Positions 1 to 8,457 of a stretch of DNA of 37,693 nt are shown here, piece after piece. Every line of letters begins with the position of its first letter. The stretch's first letter is position 1. Under the pieces are notes generated by a model that was not told the DNA's origin, searched no databases, and saw nothing but the letters and a program-made list of their open reading frames with translations. This DNA comes from a virus (taxonomy: Duplodnaviria; Caudoviricetes), in the IMG/VR virus record IMGVR_UViG_3300049139_000136, positions 1 through 37,693 of that record, one strand, 5' to 3'. The position numbers and the translations under genes are program-made.

Positions 1-643
1 AGGCGAGCGCCTCGCGTACAAGCTTCTCGCCCTGGGCCTCGGCCACGGCCTCGGCCGCAACCGCGGCCGAGCTCACCTCCCACGCGCGCTTGCAGCAGTC
101 CGCCACCAGCTCCCACGGGTAGAGCGGTTCGCCGGCGAGGTTCACGAGCCCGTGCCCGATGGCGTGCGCGCGGTAGGCGAATTGCGCCCGCTGGGCGTTC
201 TGCATTTCGGCCTCCAGCGTGCTCACGCTCCATTCGGCGGCCGGCTCGCTGTCCGATTTTTCGCGCGGAGAGAGAGACGGAAAGGAGGGCGCGGGGTCAT
301 CCACCTGTCCCCTTTTAAAAAGAATGTCCGATTTGCCCTCGTCTAGGCGAATCTGTTCGGGGTACACGCCGATCGCCATTCGCACGCGCATTGGTGGGCA
401 GCACTGGAGCGCCTCCACCCTGCTCTCGCGCGCCGCGTTGTAGACCTTGGCCCACACGGGGCTCTCGACCATGGGACTGTCCCTGTCGTAGATCTCCATG
501 CGCGTGACGTCGTGGGGGTCGAACCCCTCCTCCAGTAGCCAGCCCTGCCACTGGTCGAACGCCTCGGTGTGCCCGCACAGGGCAGCCCACGATGGGGCGG
601 CCACGTCCACGACCATGAACGGCGGCGGTGTCTTGATGTCCAT
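1..643 (-). CDS. Hypothetical protein, 3'-truncated at window start (MDIKTPPPFMVVDVAAPSW...EKLVREALA); may continue at 37693-37504
   Basis: ATG at 643 just after the HNH stop; my manual translation is open to base 1, so it is absent from the ORF track. Confidence 0.6.
   Translation of the reverse strand, partial: MDIKTPPPFMVVDVAAPSWAALCGHTEAFDQWQGWLLEEGFDPHDVTRMEIYDRDSPMVESPVWAKVYNAARESRVEALQCCPPMRVRMAIGVYPEQIRLDEGKSDILFKRGQVDDPAPSFPSLSPREKSDSEPAAEWSVSTLEAEMQNAQRAQFAYRAHAIGHGLVNLAGEPLYPWELVADCCKRAWEVSSAAVAAEAVAEAQGEKLVREALA
250..334. other. Candidate packaging (cos-like) region
   Basis: AT-rich TTTTAAAAA, (GA)n tract, TGTCCGATTT direct repeats at 250-259 and 325-334; lies between HNH and terS in circular gene order. 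Confidence 0.4.
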
Positions 644-648
644 GAGCC

Positions 649-948
649 TCACCACTCTTGGGATGTACGTAGGGGCTCAGCCAGTAGCCGAGCCCCCCTC
701 TCTTGGTTGCACTTGCGTGGCTGCCCATCGGCGCCCACGCATTCGGGGCATGGGGCGTTGCTGCCGTGGGCAGGCCTCATGCCGTGCGGGTCGATGGGCT
801 GGTCTGGGTCTACGGCCAGAGGGATCACGTGATCTGCTTCGCCGGCGCCCTCGTGTCCGCAGATGTGGCAGACACGCCCGTAGATCTGGAACATGATCCG
901 TTTAGCGCGCTGATAGGGCCTACCGGAACGGTGGCGGTTGATCCGCAC
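649..948 (-). CDS. HNH endonuclease (packaging-associated)
   Basis: CHICG...EADHVIP...AHG...C..C...CNQERG; position upstream of terminase in circular order. Confidence 0.85.
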   Translation of the reverse strand: MRINRHRSGRPYQRAKRIMFQIYGRVCHICGHEGAGEADHVIPLAVDPDQPIDPHGMRPAHGSNAPCPECVGADGQPRKCNQERGARLLAEPLRTSQEW

Positions 949-954
949 GTCTCA

Positions 955-1125
955 TCAACAGTCGAGCGCTGCGGCCAGGAGGCTGGCGACCGCAACGGCG
1001 GCGAGCACGCCGGCCGCGGCCCGTAGCCGCGGCGCGGGCCTGGCGTAGCTCAGCTCTACCAGGAGGAGAGCGAGCAGGCCCGCTACCCCAGAGACGACCG
1101 GGGGCCAGGAGGACAAGCCCAGCAT
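955..1125 (-). CDS. Small two-TM membrane protein, 56 aa
   Basis: Manual translation MLGLSSWPPVVSGVAGLLALLLVELSYARPAPRLRAAAGVLAAVAVASLLAAALDC; G-rich RBS. Confidence 0.55.
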   Translation of the reverse strand: MLGLSSWPPVVSGVAGLLALLLVELSYARPAPRLRAAAGVLAAVAVASLLAAALDC

Positions 1126-1207
1126 GGCCACCACCCCCTGACCCCCGGTCTTTTAGGGTGCAATGTTCCGTCTTGTGGGGAAAGACCGGAACACCCCTGA
1201 ACACGAC

Positions 1208-1235
1208 AAAGGGCCCCACCGAAGCGAGGCCCTTT
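1208..1235. terminator. Hairpin, possible terminator
   Basis: AAAGGGCC...GGCCCTTT inverted repeat in intergenic DNA. Confidence 0.4.
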
Positions 1236-1363
1236 TGGGACAGGTCTACCTAAGGCATCCTGTCTGTCAGTTATTCAGCTTACCAGCGAGGTTCCAGGAA
1301 AGCGCCATGACCAGCGCGTATTTCCGGGAACGCGTTCGATTCTTGACGTAATCGGTTGGGGCG

Positions 1364-1708
1364 TCATTTGCCCTCGGCCGAGGGCGGGCGCCGCATCGCT
1401 CGGCATTCCTCGGCGTGGCGCTGCGCTACGGCCTGGAGGCGGTAGCGCAGCGCGTTGTACTGAGGGGCTCTCGTCAGCTTGGGGTTATAGGTGAACGTGT
1501 CCTCAAGGTCTTCCCCCCACGAGCAGCCTGTGCCAGTGCACCGGGCGGATAGCCGGTGCGTCTCGTACCCGTCGCGGGCGCGCGTCACCTCGTCGACGAC
1601 CTCGGCGGCGGCCCACCCCGGGGTCAGCGCGCGGTAGACGACGCCCTCGGGCCATGGCTCGGCCAGGATGGCGGGGATCGGCGAGTGGTACGTCTCCATG
1701 TCGTGCAT
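1364..1708 (-). CDS. Hypothetical phage protein
   Basis: ORF with GGAGG RBS; co-oriented with neighbours. Confidence 0.7.
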   Translation of the reverse strand: MHDMETYHSPIPAILAEPWPEGVVYRALTPGWAAAEVVDEVTRARDGYETHRLSARCTGTGCSWGEDLEDTFTYNPKLTRAPQYNALRYRLQAVAQRHAEECRAMRRPPSAEGK

Positions 1709-1743
1709 GATCGTTCCTCCAGGTCAGCAGAACGGGTCGCCAC

Positions 1744-2166
1744 TCACAGGCGCCACGCCTCGCGGTAGTCCTCATGGCCGGTGTACGGAAGGGCCAACAT
1801 GCGCAGGGCGTCACGTAGTGCTGATTGCGCCCCGGTCGTCATGTCCATCGCGCGCGTGTGATCCACGGCAGGCCCATGGCTGCTCACGAACTCGTATCTG
1901 GTGAGTATCCGCCGCTTGGCCTCGACCTCGCGCAGCACCCGGGCCGGATCGTGGCGGGCGATGTGGTTCCCGACCGGGGCGGGCACATCCCCGTCCCAGG
2001 GGGCAACCGCGACGTAGGTGATGCCGCCCGGATAGCCGGTCTGCTCGGCGATGACGTCGCTACCGCTGTACTCCCAGACCGGGTTGCCGGTCTCCTCTGC
2101 GGCGGCGCGAGCAGCCTGCTCGTCCTCGTCGAGCCGCGCCTTCAGGAACGCGAGAAGGTCAACCAT
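1744..2166 (-). CDS. DUF6221-like actinophage protein
   Basis: LLAFLKARLDEDE...HIARHDPARVLREVEAKRRIL...LALPYTGHEDYREAW; start overlaps recombinase stop. Confidence 0.8.
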   Translation of the reverse strand: MVDLLAFLKARLDEDEQAARAAAEETGNPVWEYSGSDVIAEQTGYPGGITYVAVAPWDGDVPAPVGNHIARHDPARVLREVEAKRRILTRYEFVSSHGPAVDHTRAMDMTTGAQSALRDALRMLALPYTGHEDYREAWRL

Positions 2167-3176
2167 CACAGCCCCACGTTCCTCATCGCGTTGTCGCGCC
2201 ACCTGTCCACAGCTCGGATGTAGCCGAGCACCACCGGGGACTTGGGGTCCCACCGGCCGTGCCTGGCGATGGTGGCCACGGGCACGCCGGCGGCGTACGC
2301 CACGGTGGCGCCGCCGGCCCGTAGGCCGTGCGCGGTGTAGAGCTCGGCGTTGGGCAGCTCGGCTGCGGTCGCCAGGCCCTTGAGGATGACGTTGACCGCG
2401 TTGCCGGACAGTGACGCCCCGATGTTGCCGTGGCGGTCGATCCGGCGGAGGAGGCGCCCATCGGTCTCGCCGTGCTCGGCCAGGACGGCTACCCATTCGC
2501 GCCAGGCGGCCACGGGGTTCGTGAGCGGGTGCGTGCCGGCGGGGATGGCGATGGTCTCGCCGCGCGCGTCGCGGTCGGTCTTGCTGGCGCGGATGGTGAC
2601 CTCCAGCCCTTCGGCGGTCTCGGTGACGTCGCCGAGGTTGAGCGCGACCAGCTCGCTACGACGGCCCATGAGCGCGAGGCCGAGCACGAGCAGGAGGCGG
2701 TCACGCAACCCGCGCGGCGTGGCCAGGTCGCACGTCTCGATCATCTTCCGGAGTTCGGGGATCAGGACCGGCGGCGCCTTGCGCTGGTTGGCCTGCCCGT
2801 CGTCGGCGCGCTCGCGCCTGTAGCCCTTCAGCACGTCGCGTGCGTCGTGCGCGGGCGGGGTGTTGTTGTGGCCTTTGATCCGGTGGGCGACTCGCACGGT
2901 GGCTATGGCCTGGTCGATGGTGGCGGGTGATAGGCCCTCCTCGCACAGGTGCGCCACGTACTCGGCGAGCGTCTCGCCGGTGGCTACGAAGGGTGTGCGG
3001 CGGTGGCGGTTGCACCAGGTGAGGAAGTCTCGCCATTGTCGGTCGTAGGCGCGTGTGGTGTTGGGTCGGCGTGCCTCGGCGAGGCGCCGGCGGGTGACCG
3101 GCGACAGGAACAGGTCTCGCTCGGCTTGCACGTCGATCTCTGCCGCGTCGAGCGTCTCCAGCTCAGTCCCGTTCAT
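2166..3176 (-). CDS. Tyrosine recombinase, Cre/resolvase-like
   Basis: N-terminal SAM-like NTTRAYDRQW; catalytic R (GRRSEL), K (SKTD), HGLRAG, HGRW, Y (VLGY); 336 aa with no obvious arm-binding domain. Confidence 0.9.
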   Translation of the reverse strand: MNGTELETLDAAEIDVQAERDLFLSPVTRRRLAEARRPNTTRAYDRQWRDFLTWCNRHRRTPFVATGETLAEYVAHLCEEGLSPATIDQAIATVRVAHRIKGHNNTPPAHDARDVLKGYRRERADDGQANQRKAPPVLIPELRKMIETCDLATPRGLRDRLLLVLGLALMGRRSELVALNLGDVTETAEGLEVTIRASKTDRDARGETIAIPAGTHPLTNPVAAWREWVAVLAEHGETDGRLLRRIDRHGNIGASLSGNAVNVILKGLATAAELPNAELYTAHGLRAGGATVAYAAGVPVATIARHGRWDPKSPVVLGYIRAVDRWRDNAMRNVGL

Positions 3177-3453
3177 CGGCGCCGTCCTTCCTTGCGGCGG
3201 CGCTTCGCACGGCCCGCGCCATGGCGCTGCTCAAGCCCACTTGCATATCGGCCATCTGCGAGCCGAAGCCGGCGAGCATGGCCAGAATGCGGGCGCGCGG
3301 GTCGGGGCACGTCGGTGCGTGGTCTGACTGGAGCTTGGACGGCGATACGACGGCGAGCCACGGCAGCCCAACGTCGAGCCGCTCCCCGCAGTAGACGCAC
3401 CGGATCGCAGGTCCTAGGAGTGCACGAAGGCGTAGACGTAGGCGTGTGATCAT
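3163..3453 (-). CDS. Hypothetical protein with CxxC
   Basis: ATG 3453 coupled to upstream stop; RCVYCG...HAPTC. Confidence 0.6.
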   Translation of the reverse strand: MITRLRLRLRALLGPAIRCVYCGERLDVGLPWLAVVSPSKLQSDHAPTCPDPRARILAMLAGFGSQMADMQVGLSSAMARAVRSAAARKDGADERD

Positions 3454-3761
3454 TTCTCCCCCAGGATGTCGTCGAGATGGGCCTTGATCCGCTCGGCGAA
3501 ATGCAGCCCTTGGTCTTTGGTCATGGGCAGCAGATCGGTTGCCGCTTTCACGCGGTCGTAGTACTGGGCGTCGGTCATCCCCCGGTAGTCCTCGGCGATC
3601 GTCTCCATGAGGTTGGCGAACCGGTCGCGGTGCTTTCCGGCGCCGAGGAACAGGTCTGCGAAGTCCCACATGCGTCGGCCGAACGCTGCCGCGGGCGTGC
3701 GCGGCCGAGGAGGTGGCGCGGCCTCCTCGGGCTGGACTCGGCGAACGGGCCCGGTGGTCAC
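3450..3761 (-). CDS. Hypothetical protein
   Basis: 4-bp overlaps with both neighbours. Confidence 0.65.
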   Translation of the reverse strand: MTTGPVRRVQPEEAAPPPRPRTPAAAFGRRMWDFADLFLGAGKHRDRFANLMETIAEDYRGMTDAQYYDRVKAATDLLPMTKDQGLHFAERIKAHLDDILGEK

Positions 3762-4027
3762 CGGATGTCGCCCGTACGGTGCTGGTCGGCGAGCGTCTCG
3801 GCGGGAGTGTCCGGCAGCGGCGACGCCGAGGGCGGCTCGTACTCGACGCCCTCGGCCTCGGCGATGGCGCGGCCCGCGGCCTCGGTGAAGGTGGCACCCT
3901 GCCCCACCCCGGCATACAGCTTGGACGGCCAGTTGTAGAACATGACCGCATAGAACTTGCCGCTGTCCAGGACGGTCACCTCGAATACGGTCCCCGGTGC
4001 GATGTCACCGGCGCGTAGCTCGGTCAT
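3758..4027 (-). CDS. Hypothetical protein
   Basis: GAGGAGG RBS, ATGA coupling. Confidence 0.65.
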   Translation of the reverse strand: MTELRAGDIAPGTVFEVTVLDSGKFYAVMFYNWPSKLYAGVGQGATFTEAAGRAIAEAEGVEYEPPSASPLPDTPAETLADQHRTGDIR

Positions 4028-4308
4028 GATCGGTGGTCCTCCTCGATGTGGCGGATCTCGTCGGCGGTGCGGAAGCACGCGGGGTAGAGCAGCCCGCCAG
4101 GGTCCTCGAGGTCAGGCACGGCCAGGTCGTCACGCCCGTCGACGACCACATGCCACTCTTGCTCGCCGGTCCCGGGGTGGCACTGGCCGAGGATCGTGCC
4201 CGGGAGCCATGGCCAGATGTCGCGCGGGGCGCCGTCCTTCAGGGGGTAGCGCACCAGGACCGGCGACTCGTCGGGGAAGCGTCCGTCGTTCTCGGCGTAC
4301 GTGCTCAC
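4024..4308 (-). CDS. Hypothetical protein
   Basis: GTGA coupling; WPWLPGTILGQC...EWHVVV. Confidence 0.65.
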   Translation of the reverse strand: MSTYAENDGRFPDESPVLVRYPLKDGAPRDIWPWLPGTILGQCHPGTGEQEWHVVVDGRDDLAVPDLEDPGGLLYPACFRTADEIRHIEEDHRS

Positions 4309-4637
4309 ACGGTCCCCCTCTGGAGCTGCTCTGTCCACAGGAAGTTGTCGGCGAGCTGCTCGACGATGCGGCGCCGCTCGGCCTCGTCAGTCACGCCCTC
4401 CAGGCGGGCAGCGCAGATCGAGCGCGCCGAGGTGGGGGCGCGGTCACACGGGCAGTCCGCGATGGCGGCCCTGATCTCGTGGTCGCTCTCGCTGGTGCGG
4501 CCGAGGCAGCCCATCATGCTCAGCTTCCCTACCGCGCACAGTCGGCGGGTGCAGCACGAGCAGTCGGGGCATGCGTCGGGGGCGGGCGTCTCGTAGATCG
4601 GGCCGAACGGCTCGGCGTAGGCGTACTCATCGGTCAT
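4305..4637 (-). CDS. Cys-rich hypothetical protein
   Basis: CPDCSCCTRRLC...C...CPC; coupled overlaps. Confidence 0.65.
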   Translation of the reverse strand: MTDEYAYAEPFGPIYETPAPDACPDCSCCTRRLCAVGKLSMMGCLGRTSESDHEIRAAIADCPCDRAPTSARSICAARLEGVTDEAERRRIVEQLADNFLWTEQLQRGTV

Positions 4638-4894
4638 GCGTCACACTCCAATGCGATCTTGTCGAGTGCGGGCGCGTGCCCGCGGTCCTTCACCCACATG
4701 GCGCCGCCCTGGACTACCACCTCGGCGCCCTCGGCCCAACCGCGAAGCTCGAACGTCTCGGCCGCGTCGGGCGCGAACTCGCCGGCCTCGGGGAACTCCT
4801 CCAGCAGGACCGCGCGGCAGACGGCGCACTCCTGGCGAATCCCGCCGAGGCCGAGTTGCACGGGTCCCGCGATGTGGATGGTGGGGACGATCAT
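4634..4894 (-). CDS. Hypothetical protein with CxxC
   Basis: ATGA coupling; QECAVC. Confidence 0.6.
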   Translation of the reverse strand: MIVPTIHIAGPVQLGLGGIRQECAVCRAVLLEEFPEAGEFAPDAAETFELRGWAEGAEVVVQGGAMWVKDRGHAPALDKIALECDA

Positions 4895-5829
4895 GCCGCG
4901 TTCTCCGTTCTGGCCGGTAGCCACCGGCCACCCCGCAACGTGCGCGGGTCCCTGGGGAGCTCCATCTCAGAGAACCGCTCCACCTTGCGGCCACCCCCCG
5001 GGTAGATGCCGGGGAGCTCCATCGTGGTGGAGCGCGGCGCCGGCGGGAGGCTGGACAGCATCCGCTCACGCCAGGCCAGCGCGTAGACCGGGCAGCTTGA
5101 GCACGTCTTACCGCCGCGCGGGTGGGTGTGCTCGGGAACCTCGATGTAGAGGTCATCGGCGTTCCGGCGGGCGTTCGTCGACCACGCCCCGGAGTCAGCC
5201 GAGTCGAGCAGGTGGCCATGGCGGCGTAGGCCGAGCGTCTTCACGCCGAACCCGTGCATCCGTAGGCCGAGGCTTGCCAGCGCCGAGAGCACTCGCCCAA
5301 TCTCGGGCGTCGACTGCATGCGGCAAACCGATCCAACGCTGACCATGGGCGCCTCGGTCAAGTCGATGCCGTACCGGGCGTAGTCGTCGACGTGGCGGAG
5401 GTAGGCGTCCCGGCTGTCGCCCTGGAGCGGCGGCACGAACAGCGACTCGCCTCGGGGCGCCGACTCCAGGTAGCGAACGGTCAAGTAGTTCTCGATGCTC
5501 AACCGCTGGTGGTCCCTGACCGAGCGGCCCGAGCTGGCGAGCGCGGGCGCCTCACACATCCAGTCCTGGGCGGCTGCCCACCGGAGATTGCCGATCTCCT
5601 CGGCGTAGCGCTTGACCGCGCGCACGTAGGACTGTTCCGAGCCCCACGGGTAACGGCCGTTCTGCGTGATCTGGTTGAATCCTCCAGAGTCCAAGATCCA
5701 CGGTGCGCGGGCGCGAGGCAGGGCGCCCTTGAGCCTGGCCAGCCGCGGGTAGGCGACGCACAGCGGCACGCTGACGTCCTCCCGAGCCAGCCAGGAGGGT
5801 TCGTTGGTGCCAAGGAAGAACTCGATCAC
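4891..5829 (-). CDS. dpdA: DpdA-like 7-deazaguanine DNA transglycosylase (TGT fold)
   Basis: LDSGGF, QDWMCE, PPLQG, VGSVCR, HGFGVK, SADSGAWS, C-terminal CSSC. Confidence 0.75.
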   Translation of the reverse strand: MIEFFLGTNEPSWLAREDVSVPLCVAYPRLARLKGALPRARAPWILDSGGFNQITQNGRYPWGSEQSYVRAVKRYAEEIGNLRWAAAQDWMCEAPALASSGRSVRDHQRLSIENYLTVRYLESAPRGESLFVPPLQGDSRDAYLRHVDDYARYGIDLTEAPMVSVGSVCRMQSTPEIGRVLSALASLGLRMHGFGVKTLGLRRHGHLLDSADSGAWSTNARRNADDLYIEVPEHTHPRGGKTCSSCPVYALAWRERMLSSLPPAPRSTTMELPGIYPGGGRKVERFSEMELPRDPRTLRGGRWLPARTENAA

Positions 5830-6194
5830 GACGCGACATCCATGTCTGCCCAGAGAGCAGGCTGCACATAGCAGGGGCTTGACCCCATCGGCGCGGCCGA
5901 GGCTGTGGCGTGGCAGTCGCACGAGCAGCGCCACCGGCATACGCGGTCAGCGAGCCACACCATCGGGTGCGATTCCCGGAACCCGGCGGCGTGAAGCACT
6001 CGCCCTGCCTTGTCCGTGACGTGGGTCTCAGGGAATGCCACGGCCTCGGGCTGCGTACATTCGGCGCAACTTCCGTGCAAGCACCAGGTAGACGGCCCAT
6101 AGGCACACGGGCACACGTCGATGGGGGCAAGGGCGCTCGCCATGGGCTTGGTCCACACGTGCTGACGGACCCAAGCAGCCTCGTCCGGGGTCAT
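5826..6194 (-). CDS. DUF6248-like Cys-rich protein
   Basis: MTPDEAAWVRQHVW...CPC...PETHV...VWLADRVCRWRCSCDCH. Confidence 0.7.
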   Translation of the reverse strand: MTPDEAAWVRQHVWTKPMASALAPIDVCPCAYGPSTWCLHGSCAECTQPEAVAFPETHVTDKAGRVLHAAGFRESHPMVWLADRVCRWRCSCDCHATASAAPMGSSPCYVQPALWADMDVAS

Positions 6195-6331
6195 CGTCCG
6201 GCCTCCAGGGTGACGGGCGCCGAAACGGTGATGTCCGGGCGGGGCATGATGGCGCCGAGCGCGAGCCCGAGCGCCGCGGCGAGCGCGGCCCGCGCGGTCA
6301 CGTCGACCGCGCGAGCCATGAAGCTGGTCAC
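6191..6331 (-). CDS. Small hydrophobic protein, 46 aa
   Basis: Manual translation; fills the gap with 4-bp overlaps on both sides. Confidence 0.5.
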   Translation of the reverse strand: MTSFMARAVDVTARAALAAALGLALGAIMPRPDITVSAPVTLEAGR

Positions 6332-6591
6332 GTGTTCGCCCAGTCACCGGCGAGCCGGTCGGCCTGCCCCTGGAGGTATCCGGTCTGGTGCTGAATCCAG
6401 TTCACCTCAGCGACACCATCGGCGCCCCCAGGAAGGTCGAGCAGGTCGCTCAGTGCTCGGGCGACCGCGTTGACGGTGGCCAGGCGGGTAAGGAGCTGCT
6501 CGCGGTCCTCGCCCTTCTGGACGGTGGTGATGCGGCCGAGCTGCTCCAGCAGGGCGGTTACGTCCTCGGTGCTGTGGGTCTGCTCGCTCAC
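6328..6591 (-). CDS. Hypothetical protein
   Basis: GTGA coupling; SEQTHSTEDVTALLEQ... Confidence 0.6.
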   Translation of the reverse strand: MSEQTHSTEDVTALLEQLGRITTVQKGEDREQLLTRLATVNAVARALSDLLDLPGGADGVAEVNWIQHQTGYLQGQADRLAGDWANT

Positions 6592-6914
6592 TTGCCCCCC
6601 CAGATCTCGCCGAGGGCGTCGTCCATCGCGTCGCAGGACACGCAGTCGCAAAACGGCGGGTGCGACAGGTAGATGTCCGTGAGGGCAGGGCGGATGTGCT
6701 CGGCCAGCTCGGCCTTCCGGCGGGCACTCACCTCGTTGAGGGCCTCGGCCCGCGCCGTGGCGTCCTGCAACGGGCGCAGACCCTCCTCGGTGCGCGTCCG
6801 GTCCTCCTCCGTGTCGTAAACGACCCAGGAGGCCCCCTTGTATTCGCCGGTCGCCCGGTCCACATTCGGCCGGATGACCGGCACGAAGCGCTTGTCGTGG
6901 CGCATGACGCTCAC
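6588..6914 (-). CDS. Hypothetical protein, first gene of leftward accessory operon
   Basis: GAGGGG RBS before GTG 6914; C-terminal HPPFCDCVSC. Confidence 0.6.
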   Translation of the reverse strand: MSVMRHDKRFVPVIRPNVDRATGEYKGASWVVYDTEEDRTRTEEGLRPLQDATARAEALNEVSARRKAELAEHIRPALTDIYLSHPPFCDCVSCDAMDDALGEIWGGK

Positions 6915-6983
6915 TGCGGCTCCCCTCTTCCTGTTCGGCGGACTTGCTCTCTGAAGGTACCACGCGAGTGGAGGTTCTGACAA

Positions 6984-7003
6984 GCGATAAGTAAGCTTAT
7001 CGC
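6984..7003. promoter_or_regulatory. Palindrome GCGATAAG-TAAG-CTTATCGC; operator or recombinase core site
   Basis: Perfect 8-bp arms in an AT-rich divergent intergenic region. Confidence 0.55.
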
Positions 7004-7141
7004 AGCTCAGCGTGTCGCGGATGTATCCGCGGGCGCCGAAGACCTGAGGCCCCAACTTCTCGATAAACGGGGTCGCTTATTCCATCGATGCCTGCTAGAT
7101 TAAGCGGCATCGGAAAACCGCACGATGCCCAGGAGGCAACC

Positions 7142-7618
7142 ATGGCTCGCATCAACATCTACTCCCGCGACGAGTTCGACGGCTCCACCCGGCTCGGGTG
7201 GTACGACCCGGACTCCTGCGTTGAGTCGATCGACGAGAACAAGGAGTGGGACGGAAACAACCACCGCGGCGTCATCTCGGGCGGCCAGGTCGGATACGAG
7301 ATGCTCTACCGGACTCGGGGCGGGCGCTGGGTCCGGTACTACAACTTCCGGAACGAGTTCAACGGCCCCGAGTTCTCCGAGTTCCTCGACCCCGAGCAAG
7401 CCCAGGATTGGCTACTGCGCAACGGGTCTGACGAGATCGCCGAAAAGTACTTCGGCGAGATCGAAGACGAGCGCGGCCCCGGGCGGCCGAGCATCGGCGA
7501 CCCGACCAAGATTCGGCTCAGCGACGAGCAGCGCGACAAGCTCGGCCGCATCGCCCGAGACGGCGAGAGCCTCGCGGCCACGATCCGGCGGCTGATCGAT
7601 GAGGCGCCCGAGGGCTGA
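7142..7618 (+). CDS. Protein with C-terminal ribbon-helix-helix-like DNA-binding domain
   Basis: AGGAGG RBS; GRPSIGDPTKIRLSDEQRDKL...ESLAATIRRLIDEA. Confidence 0.75.
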   Translation: MARINIYSRDEFDGSTRLGWYDPDSCVESIDENKEWDGNNHRGVISGGQVGYEMLYRTRGGRWVRYYNFRNEFNGPEFSEFLDPEQAQDWLLRNGSDEIAEKYFGEIEDERGPGRPSIGDPTKIRLSDEQRDKLGRIARDGESLAATIRRLIDEAPEG

Positions 7619-7628
7619 CCGCCCGGAC

Positions 7629-7673
7629 ATACGAGAGGGCCCCCGCTGCCGTAGAGCGGGGGCCCTCTCGTAT
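7629..7673. terminator. Likely bidirectional terminator
   Basis: Perfect 19-bp arms, 7-nt loop, between convergent genes. Confidence 0.8.
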
Positions 7674-7804
7674 TCCCCGCCGAGGCGAGGCCGACGACCG
7701 ACTGAAACGGAACTACGGACCATCCCCGCCGAGGCGGGGCGCCCATCCCTCCAGGGATGATGATGCCCCGACAGTACATCGCGGACGGCCCGCGCGTCAC
7801 CGTG

Positions 7805-7996
7805 TCAGTAGCGGTGCTCGGTCCGGATCTTGCGCTTGACGATCAGCCGGAAGACCCACAGCGGCCCCCACACCAGCACGCCCCAGAGCCCACACGTGAC
7901 GATCGTGAGCATCAGGTGGAACATGTGCGACCGACCGGATAGACCGCGCTCCCGGCGAACGCTCTCGCGCGGCGCCGGCGGCTCTGGATAGCTCAC
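7805..7996 (-). CDS. Small membrane protein
   Basis: HMFHLMLTIVTCGLWGVLVW hydrophobic segment; GAAAGGG RBS. Confidence 0.7.
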   Translation of the reverse strand: MSYPEPPAPRESVRRERGLSGRSHMFHLMLTIVTCGLWGVLVWGPLWVFRLIVKRKIRTEHRY

Positions 7997-8200
7997 GTGG
8001 ACCCCTTTCGTAAGTCACGCCCAGGCTACGACACGTGACCCTCTGCGATCCCCCGGACCGGGGATGCCTGCCGAGCAGACAGCGGGCGCTGACTCTCCTG
8101 ACAGCCCCGCCGAACACCCCGCCGGCGGGCCTGCCGAGGAGTACCGTTCGACGTGTCCAGGTCTGTCTGAACGTCGGGACCGATCCCAGGGACACGAGTA

Positions 8201-8233
8201 GCCCCCGGTGCCAATCGCTGGTGCACCGGGGGC
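8201..8233 (-). terminator. Hairpin downstream of HTH gene
   Basis: GCCCCCGGTGC / GCACCGGGGGC 11-bp arms. Confidence 0.55.
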
Positions 8234-8253
8234 GTCCCTATGTCCGGGGGCGG

Positions 8254-8457
8254 TCAGGTCTTGCGGCGGTGCTCGTGCTTCCGAGCGGCCTCACACGCGA
8301 ACACCTCGGCCGCGGCGAACAGTTTCTCGCGGCCACGGTGGTCGGCCACGTGCAGCACGCCACGGCGGACCCAGTTGTAGATGGCATCGCGGGTCAGGCC
8401 CACCAGCGCGGCGGCCTCGGCCGCGGTCACCAGAACGAGGTCAGGCGGCGTCGCCAT
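8254..8457 (-). CDS. Small HTH DNA-binding protein (MerR/excisionase-like)
   Basis: VTAAEAAALVGLTRDAIYNWVRRGVL. Confidence 0.8.
   Translation of the reverse strand: MATPPDLVLVTAAEAAALVGLTRDAIYNWVRRGVLHVADHRGREKLFAAAEVFACEAARKHEHRRKT

Noticed and set aside
315-728. ORF-track call 315-728
   Set aside because: The frame starting at ATG 643 is better placed after the HNH stop and gives a more protein-like sequence
2166-3176. Classical prophage integrase with adjacent attP
   Set aside because: No non-coding flank, tRNA fragment or arm-binding domain seen; integration is not strictly excluded
4891-5829. tRNA-modifying Tgt
   Set aside because: Motif pattern and phage context fit DNA-acting DpdA better; no tRNA genes seen
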